From Pelagomonas calceolata (taxonomy: Eukaryota): a DNA stretch of 64,000 nucleotides. A model generated the notes under the pieces. The model ran no database searches and was not told the DNA's origin. It saw nothing but the letters and a program-made list of their open reading frames with translations. Position 1 is the first letter of the stretch. Every line of letters begins with the position of its first letter. Location: positions 5,270,001 to 5,334,000 of the forward strand of contig CAKKNE010000001.1 in assembly GCA_918797485.1 (NCBI GenBank), written 5' to 3'. Positions 31,527 through 41,800 of this stretch are shown in pieces. The translations under genes were made by a program, and so were the position numbers.

Positions 31527-32837
31527 ATGAATACAAAATTTCTAATCTCTGCCCTCCTGCTCGCGCCATCCGCCGTCGCTATTACGCCCCGCCGGCGCAC
31601 TCGCGTCGATGTCCCGAAGGCGTCAAAAGTCAAAAAAGAGCCCGCGGCATCGACCAAAAAGCAGGTGGCGACCGAGGACGTCGGTTTCGCGCACCGTTAC
31701 TTCTCGACGGCAATAGACGACAGCCGGTTCTTCTTTCGCGCGCTCGCGGTCCGAGGCGGCGGCGAAGAAAAGCCCCTCGTGACCCCCGGTCAGGTGGCAG
31801 CCTATGGTGGCGCCGCCCTCCTCGCCGGGATGACGGTCTACCTTGTAGAAAAACTCCCGCGCTCGGGCGGCCGCGCGCCCGCGCAGATTGTAAGCTTTTT
31901 ATCCGCGTTTGGCGTGCCGGAAGCGGCGGCGGCGGTGCTGTTTCATTTGGGCTACGTAGCACACTGCTTTCTCGTTCTTGCCGTCATGCCTGAGGGATTA
32001 AAAAATGCCGTCTTCAGCCCCGCCGGCGTGGTCCTGTTGGGCACGGTGTTCCCATTGGTCGAAAGCATCAAGGCCGCCGCGAGCACGAGTACTGCGTCGG
32101 AGCACGCCTGGCTTCAGTATTGGATCCTGCACGGGTGCTTGAGCGTGATTTCGCAGGACGCCGGGCGATTCCTAGAACGGTTCGGCCCCGGTTTTGTAAA
32201 CCACTTCTACGAATTCCAGTTCTACTCTGTACTGTGGCTGATTCTTCCGATGACGGATGGCGCGGCCGTGGTGAATGATCAGGTGACCAAACGCTACATC
32301 ACACCGCTGATCGAGCCAACGGTCCGAGCCGCCGAGGGCTGGCTCGCGACTCTTGTTCTGGGCGCGGTCAATGCAGGACACATTTGGTTCTTTGCTGGCG
32401 TTTTCACAATGTTTCCTGCCGCACTGAAGCGCCTCGCCGTCGTTGGCGTCGGGACGGCGTATCCAGTGGCGGCCACGATGGTCGCCGCCTCTACGGGGGA
32501 TACTGTTGCCGAGGACAAGTGGCTGACGTACTGGTCGTGCTTCTCGATAGTGACTCTCGTGATGACCTTGGTCGAACGCACGGCCGGCGCGCCGCTGGGC
32601 CTCTACACCGCCTCGCTGGCGAGTACGCTCTATCTTATGCTTCCCATGTTTAATGGAGCGGACGTCATATTCCGCAACGTTCTCGTGCCGATCGCGGGGC
32701 AGCGCGAGGCGCTACTCCTCAAGGACGCCAAGACTTTGGCGAAGAACATGGTCAAGCAACTTCCGGCGTCGAGACACGGCGAGGCGGGGGAGGCGATCGC
32801 CGAGGCCTTCTTGGTCGAGGCGAAGATGCAAAAGTAG
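31527..32837 (+). CDS. Protein with two HVA22/TB2-DP1 (REEP)-like domains and a signal peptide
   Basis: GTVFPLVESIKA...WLQYW...LWLILP and GTAYPVAAT...WLTYW...YLMLPMFNGA; signal peptide MNTKFLISALLLAPSAVA; LAVRGG motif. Confidence 0.85.
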   Translation: MNTKFLISALLLAPSAVAITPRRRTRVDVPKASKVKKEPAASTKKQVATEDVGFAHRYFSTAIDDSRFFFRALAVRGGGEEKPLVTPGQVAAYGGAALLAGMTVYLVEKLPRSGGRAPAQIVSFLSAFGVPEAAAAVLFHLGYVAHCFLVLAVMPEGLKNAVFSPAGVVLLGTVFPLVESIKAAASTSTASEHAWLQYWILHGCLSVISQDAGRFLERFGPGFVNHFYEFQFYSVLWLILPMTDGAAVVNDQVTKRYITPLIEPTVRAAEGWLATLVLGAVNAGHIWFFAGVFTMFPAALKRLAVVGVGTAYPVAATMVAASTGDTVAEDKWLTYWSCFSIVTLVMTLVERTAGAPLGLYTASLASTLYLMLPMFNGADVIFRNVLVPIAGQREALLLKDAKTLAKNMVKQLPASRHGEAGEAIAEAFLVEAKMQK

Positions 32838-32865
32838 CCCGGGTAATAGCGACATCATAGATTAA

Positions 32866-35800
32866 CTATTTGGGGGAAGGGGACGCGTCGCTAGGTGAAT
32901 TGTCACGGGCCCGCCGGAAGCGCTCGTACGCCGGCGCCACGAGATTGTCCGGCGACGGCGGCCGGAAGAGGGCGCTCGGCGACCACGCGCCGCGCGCCGG
33001 CGGCGGCGGCGGTGGGCGCCGCCCGGGCGCGAGGATGGCGCTGCGCCGCCGCCGCGTGAACTGGAGCAAGCTCATGTCCGGCGAGAACGGCGCGCCGCCC
33101 GGGCCCGCCGGCGGCGGCTCCGCCTCGTCGTCGTCGTCGTCGGGCGGCGGCGCCTCGTCCTCGTCGTCGTCGCCGGGCGGCGGGGCTTCGTCGTCGTCGT
33201 CGTCGCCCGGCGGTGGCGCCTCGCCTCCGTCGGCGTCCGCCGGCCGCGCGGGGAGGGCCGGCGCGGGCGGCGCAAAACGGGCGTCCATCGCCGCGAGCTT
33301 CGCCAGCTCCGCGTCCTCGGAATCCAGGGGCTCGGCCTCCTGCGCGTTTTCCGGAGACGCCGGCGGGAAGAGGCGCGACGCGACGTCGGGGCCCGTCGCC
33401 GACGACGCCGCGTCGTCGTCGACGACGGGGCCGGCGGGCGTCGGCGGCCCCGGCGGCGGCGGGTGCGCGGGCGGCTGCATCTTCCTCGGCGGGGGCGCCG
33501 GCGGCGGTAAATCGGCCAAGCCCTTGGACGAGACAGTACCAGAATCGGAGTGCGTGTCCGACTTGCGCCACCTCTCGAGGACCCGCAAGAACTGCGACCG
33601 CGACACGACGTCGCCGTCAGACTCGATGGTCTCGAGGAAGAACTCGATCTCGTCCCCGGAAATACCCATGATCCCCAGCATGTCCAGTAAGTCGGGCCGC
33701 TCTTGGAGAGCTTGCGCCAGCCGGTCTCGCGTCGCAAAGCCCTCCTCACAATCCCCCTGGGCCAGCTTGAACAGTAGCGTCGAAGCTAAATCTTCATTCC
33801 AGGTCTCCGTGCTCTCCTCGTCGTCCACGTCGTTGAGCATCGCGTCCCACTCGTCGTCGCCGACCTCCGACGCGACCACGGAGGGTTCGAAGGCCGACCC
33901 TTCGGGCAGCGACGCGAGTTCCGACGCCTGGGCCGTCTGCTCCATGAGCTGGTGGAAGAAGACGTCCGAGTCCATGGCCTCCGAGGACTTGAAGGACCTG
34001 CTATCGTCCTCCGTGGGCGCCTCGACGTCATCAATCGGCACGGCCTTCGCCGGGTCCACGTCTTCACACGCGAAGTCGGGGTCCGCCTCGTCGCCCTCGA
34101 AGTGGCCCGCCTCGATGCCCTCCTTCTCCTCCTGCTCGAGCTGCTTCTGGCGGTGGTGCTGGAAGCCGGCGTAGCCGACCATGACCACGAAAATCACCGC
34201 AATGAGTGATCCGATCACGGCGTCCGTGCCGGCGGCGTCGGCCGATGCACCGCCCGACGCCTTCGAGGCCTGGTAGTCCGCCAATGACGTGGGCGGCGCC
34301 GATTGTACGGAGGCTTTTGTGGGGGATGGTGTCGGGCTGCGTGTGAGCGTCGGTTTCGGTGTCGGCGTCCACGTAAACACAAGAGCCTGGCCGGGGTCCG
34401 CTGCTAGGGCCTCGTCCAATATCTGATTGGTCTCGTCGACGAGGACGCCCGACTCGAGGTCGGCGTAGCTCAGGGAAGCTAAACTAGAATCAGTGCCCGC
34501 CGCGGCGGTCTCTAGAGCAGCTGTAAAAGAACCATCACCTAAGGAGTCTTGGAGCTGACCGACTAACCGCGACGAGATGTCGTCCTCGCTGCTCGGGTGG
34601 TACGTCGCCTCCAAGACGATCGTCACGACGTAGCCCGTCGCCTGGAGCCGCCGTCGCCCGGAAACGGGCTCGAAGGTGACCTGCTCGCAGTCCGTGCCCG
34701 CCGCGAGTTCCAACGACGCGAGGACGGCCTGGCAGAGCACGTCGCCGTCGGCCTCGGTCAGGTCGCCGTAGTCCACCACGAGCTGTAAAGCAAACAGGCC
34801 CTGCGTCGTCGCCGACGACGTCGGCGTCGCGGTCGTGGGCATGGGCGTGGGCCGGGGCGTCGGCGTCGCCGAGGGCGCCGGGGTCGTGGGCGTCGCGGTG
34901 GGATACGCGGTCGTGGGCGCGCGGCTCCCGGCCAGCGAGGGCGCGGCCGTGGAGGGCTGTGGGGTCGGCTGCGCCGTGGTCGGCGAAGGCGTCGTCGGCG
35001 CCAACGAGGCGGTCGGCGCCGCCGTCGTCGGGTAGGGCGACGACGAGGGCACGGGCGTGATCGTGGGCGCGTCCGACGAGTAGCGCGAGATGGCCGGCCC
35101 GCCGCCCAGGGGGCAGTTGAGGCCGTCGTTCGACGCCGCCTCGGCCGCGTCCGAGCGGCGCACGAGCGCCGCGACGGAGGACGAGCACTGGACGTGGTCC
35201 TCCCAGTCCTTGTCGGCGTTCCAGCAGTCGTCCGGCACGACGACCGGCAGGATGAGTTCGAAGAGTCCCGCGCCGTCGTTCGACGCGAAGAAGAGCCGCG
35301 TCTCGTAGTCGTTGCGGTACATGAACGAGGCCCCGAAGCTCGTCTCCGCGCGCGCCGTCCCGGCCATGGCCGTGGGCGCCGCCGTCGCCGTCGTCGCGTC
35401 CTCGAGGCGCCTCCGTAGAGGCGGCGCGCGCTGCAGCCGTCGGCGCCGCTCCGCGTCGATGTAGTCGCACCCGCCTTCCGGCCGAAGCGGCGCGCTCGCG
35501 TCCTCCAAGGAATGGTCGCAGCCGGCGTCGCACAGGCAGCAGCCCGTGCCGCCGTTGGGCGACGTCACGATGTAGTCGGGCGCGTACCACGTGCCGCCCC
35601 CGCTCCCGCAGGTCGCCTCGTCGACGTCGCACTCGGCGCCCTCCGCCACCCCCACCTGCCCGTAGTAGCACGTGCCGGCACCCTCCGTGAACGCGGTGTG
35701 CACCGGCGCGGGCGTCGCGGGCGCCGCGCCCGCGACGGGCGCGGGCGTCGGAGTGTTGACTGGCGCCGGCCCCGCGACGGGAGCGGGCGTCGCGGGCGCC

Positions 35801-38800
35801 GCTACGGGCGCGGGCGTCGGCGCGAGGGTCGACGAGCAGTTGAGGCTGCAGTTCAAGCCGAGGACCTCGGCGGCCTGATGCTCGTAAAGGCACTCGGTAT
35901 GCCTCTGGACCAAATCCCCGCACACGGCCGGCGCGCTCGCGCAGGACTCGACGAAGAACGGCGCGCCCTGGACGTCGGCGCACGTCTCTACGACGACGCC
36001 GTCGTCATCGGTGGGATCGTCGTCGGTGCCGACGTAAAAGTCGTCGTCTAGGACCGTCCCCGAGGCCTGGGCGTCGAACATGCAGGCGAGGACGGCGCTC
36101 TCCTCCTCGCCGCAGGCGTACGAGTACGAGTACTGCGCGTCCCCGGAAGCGCAGTTGTCCGGCGGCTGCATGCCCTGGCGCGCGACGAGCTCGCAGTCGT
36201 CGCAGGCTTCGAGGCACGTGCAATCATCTTGACAGTAGCACCCGTTGTCCGCGGGATAAAAAGTCACGGCCACGAGCGCCTCGCCGTGCGCGGCCGCGCA
36301 GGACGACCAGCAGTCGTCCGCCGACGCGAACGCAAAATTCTCCACGAACTCGTTGAGTGGGGACGAGCACGCCACGCCAATATTACCGTAGTTCGTCCCG
36401 CCGGCGACGCCCTCGATGAGGCCCGGGACGGCTCTTTCCGAGCCTGGTGGTACGACGTCCGACGGCACCACCGCATAGGCCTCGGGCTCGCCCGTCGGGC
36501 CGATGCGCACGACGAAGACCTCGTAGTTGCCCCCCATCCCTATGAGGTACTGCATGCCCGCCTGGCCATCTTCCACAATCTCGTCGCCGATTTCTAAGGC
36601 TGCGGACACGTCCAGAATCTGGCCCGCAAACAAAGAATTAGAGACCTTGAACTTGTAGTCGTCGTGGAACTTGGGGGTGTCCGTATTGATGTCCTCCACG
36701 TAATAAAATCGCTCGCCGCCGTACTTGCCGATACTTTTACCGTAGAAGTAGGTGTTCGAGAGGATCGCGCCGGAATTGGGCTTCTTCTCCTCCAGCGCCG
36801 TCTCGAAGCAAATACTAGTGTTGGAATCGAAGCGGCATAAGTGTCCATCAATAGCGGCCATCATCGTGTACACCGTCGGGAAGTCGTCGTCGTAAATCTC
36901 CTGAGCCCCAATATGCATGGCCGCCGCGTTCACGTGGCTCGGGTCGTTCGGCATGTCGTACAACTTGTTGTAGAGGCCCGTCGTCGTGTCGAGCTCCTCC
37001 AGACTGTAGGACGACGCGCCCTCCTCCTTGAGGATTTGTAAAGGCCAATTATGTTCGGCACAGTCCCAGGGCTGGACACTATCGTCCTCCCAGCGCGGGT
37101 ACATGAAGGATGTGGGCATGGGCGTCGGCTGGGGCGAGGGCTTGGGCGTGGGCTCGTAGGACGGTTGGGGGGTGGGCATGCGCGAGGGCTGCGACGAGGT
37201 CGGCGGGCGCGAGTGCGTCGGCTGGGGCGTGGGCCGGCCCATGCCGTCCTTGCAATTCAGGCCGTCGTTGCTCGACGTCGAGTCCGAGGGGCCCGCCCAG
37301 ACCACCACACTGGTGCCGGCGGGGGCGCTGGCGCACGCCGAGTGTTCTGATCTATCCGTGCCCTCGTTCCAGCAGCCGTCCAGCGCATCCACATCAATGG
37401 GTAAGACGACCTCGAACAGACCTTCGCCGGCGTTCGCCGTGAAGAAGACTCGCAAATTAACGGCGTTGATCTCGTAGGCGTAGGCGGCGCCGAAGCCCTC
37501 TTGCGTTTCCGTGACACCCGTGAAGTTCGCGCCGAAGGCCGCTTGCGCGAGGGACCAGTCGACGTAGGACGGGAGGTATGCATAAGCCTCCGGGAGGTGC
37601 GAGTCGCCGTTGATCCTTACGAGCACCAGCGAAAAGTCCTTCGCCAGTCCTAACAAGTACCTTCCATCACATGCAGTGGTCACACAGACGCCGCCCGCAT
37701 CCTCCTTGACGCCGGCAAAGTCCAGGATCTTGCCCGAGATCACGTCCTCGGAGAATTCGACCAAGACATCGTCGTAGAAGGTCGGCGCGTCGTGCTGCAG
37801 GCCGTCCACGGTATAGATGGCTCGGCCCGTGGATTTTCCGTCGCCCAACGACCGCGCATAGTAATACGTCGTATCGATAATAGCGCCGACGTTCGGCTTG
37901 CCGCCTAGTTGTAATTCCGTATCAAAGCATACCTTGTCCGAGGCGTCAAACCGACAGAGCTCGCCGCCCATGGACGCGAACGCGAACTGGCCGTCCTCGC
38001 CCGCGTCATACAACGCCGCCGCATTAATGTGCCCGTCGAACCACGTCAAATCGAAGACGTCGTTGTAGGCGCCCGACGCCTGGTCGAGCTCCTTGACGCT
38101 GTAGTAATCCGAGTCGCTGTACTTGAATATTTGAATCGGATAAGGGTGGTTTTCGCAATCAAACGCTTGTACTTTATTCCGGTTCGTCTCCCAGCAGATC
38201 CGATCGAGGCACGGCGCCTCCGTCGGCGAGTTCGTCGGCGCGGGTTGGAGGAAGCCCCCTTCGTAACAGTTCAATCCATCATTCTTGTCAGAGATCGACG
38301 AAGGCCCGACGTACATCAACTGCGCCGTCTCGCCGCACCGCTCGTGCTTCGCGAGCTTGTCCGACGCCTTGTTCCAGCAGCTCTTCGGGATCTTGATCTC
38401 GGCATCCGTTTCTAATTGAAACAGCCCTCTTCCACCATTCTCGCTGAAGAGCACCAACCACCGCGGGTCGTCCTCGCGCCACCTATAGCTGTAGGCGGCG
38501 CCGAACTTGACGTCCGTAAAGGCGCCCTGGACGTCCTTCACGTTCTTCAGGTTCCGTCGACTCGTCGTCGGCGGCGGCCCTCGCAGCACGTCCAGCGCGG
38601 CGTCGCGCGCGCGGCGCCGTATGACATTGGGTGTCGTACTTGGTCGCGTCGTCGACGGCGAGAAGAGGCGCCGCGCCCAGTCGAGCACGCCGAGCTTCCG
38701 TCTCCGCGAAACCTGGTCGCAGTCGAGGTCGCAGTCGAGCCCGGCCTCGAGCGCCCAGGCCTCGTACACGCACTCCGTAAAGGCGTCGTACTTGTCGCCG

Positions 38801-41800
38801 CAGGCGTCTTGCACGATCTGCGGCTGGGCCGCGCACTGCTCGGCGAAGCCCGCGTCCGCCTGGACGTCGACGCACGACGTCACGTCATCGGACAGGCTCA
38901 CGTCGTCGTCGGAGCCGGACGCGTTCCAGCGGTCGTCGTCGCCCATGAGCGTCGGATCTTGTAAGGCTTCCAGCATCGCGGCGTCGTCGTCGGGGTACAG
39001 GTCCAGCTGGCAGGCGAACGCGGTCAACGACTCGTTGAAGCAGTCCAAGCTAGGTACGGCGTACGAGTACTCGTACGAGTAGGTCTCTTCGTCCGGTGAA
39101 GCGGTCGGACTCGGCACGGGCACCGGCTCCGGCGTCGGCGCGAGCGCCCAGTCGACCTCCGTGTCCAGCACCGCGTAGGCGTCCGGCGCTCCTGATGCCG
39201 CGACGTGGATCACTATCAGAGAAGCGTCGTCCGCCAGACCGACCAGGTACTTGCCGTCCTTGTTGTAGTCGTCGTCGAAGACGTCGCGGCCGTCCTCGAC
39301 GATGGCCGTAAAATCATAAACGCCGCCGCCGTACAGGTCTTCCGAGATCTCCAATGCTGCATTTTCATGCGACTGAGTATAAAGATTGTGGATGTTCTCG
39401 ACCCAGTACAGACCCCTCGATGCGGCATCCCTGCCGAGGTTCAGGCCGTAGTAATAATCTAGACCTAATACAGCTCCAGCATTCGGCTTCAAGAGGTGCA
39501 GCGGTTGGTCGTCAAAGCACACTTTCCTTTTATTATCGAAGCGGCACAAGTATGAGATAGCATCGTCGTTATCCGGATCCTCCGTGAAGGCTCCTAACGC
39601 ATATTGGGTCCCGTCGAAGGGCCCCTCGTACATGCCCACGGCGTTCACGTGCCCGTCAAAGTAGTCCAGCTCGTGAATCAGCTCGAAATCGCCCGTCGAC
39701 GACCACTCCCGCAACGAATATATACTCGAGCCCTCCGCTTCCAAGACTTGGATCGGGTCCGTGTGCTTGTCGCAGTCGAACTCCTTGACGCTTTGGTCCG
39801 CCCAGCACACGTCGTCCCCACAATACTTTGTTGGGGATAGCGTCGGTTCATAAGTGGTCGGCACGTACGAGGGCGTGGCCGACGGCTGCGCCGTTGTGGG
39901 TGTGTAGGTCGTCGGGGCGTGGGACAGTGTAGGCGAGAGTGTGGGATTGGGCGAGGGCGCCGTGTTCATGACTTCGACCTCACTCACTGTCTCCGTCTCG
40001 ATCGCGGCCGCGCACGCTACCGGATCGGCTTGTGCAGAAGAAAACGCCGAGGACTGCAGTCTTCTACGATTCCCGGAACAGACGTCGGAAATATGCGTCT
40101 GTAACTTACCGTTCGTCGCCTGGTTCTTGCTTCGACTCACGAACGACGTCTTGTACTCGTCAGACTTGTTCTGCGCGTCGTTCACAGTAGCACCGTGCGC
40201 AACAACATAGTCGTCGAAGGAGTATCTGATGCGCACGAGCTTCTTCTCGGTCTCTTCTTCGGCCACGACGTCTTCCACGGCGTCGGCCGTGACGTTCGGC
40301 CAGACGCGCGATATCACCTCCTTGAATTGAGATACTGATGTCGCATCGTTGTTGAAGGCATCCGCATCTAATGATGAAGAGTTGAACTTCAGGGAGGACG
40401 TCATCGTGACCCTCAGAGTCGTGTCGAGGTTCATCGACGTCGTGTCGACCTCGGTCACATGGTGCGGGCGCCACTCGTGCTCGAACAACAATTGTTGTGT
40501 CAATGTGGAATTGGCCGTGTATTCGGCCGTCCAGGCGTGGTCCTCCAAGATATCATTCATCGTACCATCTTCACACTGCGTCACGAGGTTTGATTTGTAG
40601 CTAACTAACCACTCACGAGCCATGATGTTCGTGGCGGTCCTATTCCTTACACCTTCCTCCGTGATCCAGGTGTAGAAGGAGTAGTCGATGCGCGTCGCAC
40701 CTTTGTAGGACGACGCCTTCATTTTCGTCACAGCGCGCGTGCCGTTGATGACGACGTTATGTTTTGCAGCGGACTCTATGAGTACGGTCTGCAAAGCCTC
40801 CAGCCTAGGACCCGCCATGTTGATCTCCAGCGGCTCGGCGACGCCCTCCAATACAATAGACGCGTTCACGAGGATCGTCGTCTCGGTCGTGCCGTCAAAG
40901 GGAGTGGGCGGCACCGTCGGCGTGCCCGAGGGCGCGGCAGTCGGGGCACACGTGCCCGACCCTAACGCTGATATACCTTGCGCCGCCTGGTTCTCGGAGA
41001 AGCAGCGGCACGAGCCGTGCGAGAGCAGCGGGTTCAGCGCCACGCCACTAGGTACGCAGACGCCCGTGCAGTCGTCGTACAACACATCCAATTCGTAGCC
41101 CTCCGTACACGTGACGCAGTCGGCATACGTAGCGTTCGACTGCCACACGCCGTCGCACGTGTCGTAGTGGCCGCACGTCGCGCAGGGGCCGAAGGCGCAC
41201 TCCTCCGGCGTCCGCGTCGTGCCGTGGTCGGGGTGGCCCGCCGGCGGGCTGATGCAGTCCGCCGAGTACTTGATGGGCGTGCTCTCGACCGTGGCCGCGG
41301 ACCAGGGGCAGCTCGCGTAGACCTTGTACTGCATCGAGGTCGCGAAGTCCTCCTCGGAGAGGTGGCACTGCCACTTTGTGGGGACTTGCGTCGGCAGCGA
41401 GCTTGGCGAAGGTGATGGCGGGCGACTGTAGGTCGGTTCTGGTGAAGGGATGCCGGACGGCTGCGGAGACGGGATCGGCGTCGGCGCAGCGCTCGGCATC
41501 GGCGTCGAGGGCAGCGGCGACGGGATCGACGAGGGCACGGCCGACGGCTTTGACGTCGGCGCCGACGTTGGCGTGTACGAAGGCGAGAAGCTCGAGGACG
41601 GCGCCGGCGTCGGGATCTTGGTCGGCGCGCGCGAGGGCGCGGGCGTCGGGTAGAAGCTCGGCGCTGTGGGCGTCTTCGAGGGGGCGTACGTTGGCTCCGT
41701 GGCCATTGGCGTGGGCTCGTAGCTCGGTATAGCCGTCGACGGCAGCGGCGTTGGGAGATACGACGGTGCCGTCGACGGGGCCGCCGAGCCCGTCGGTGCA

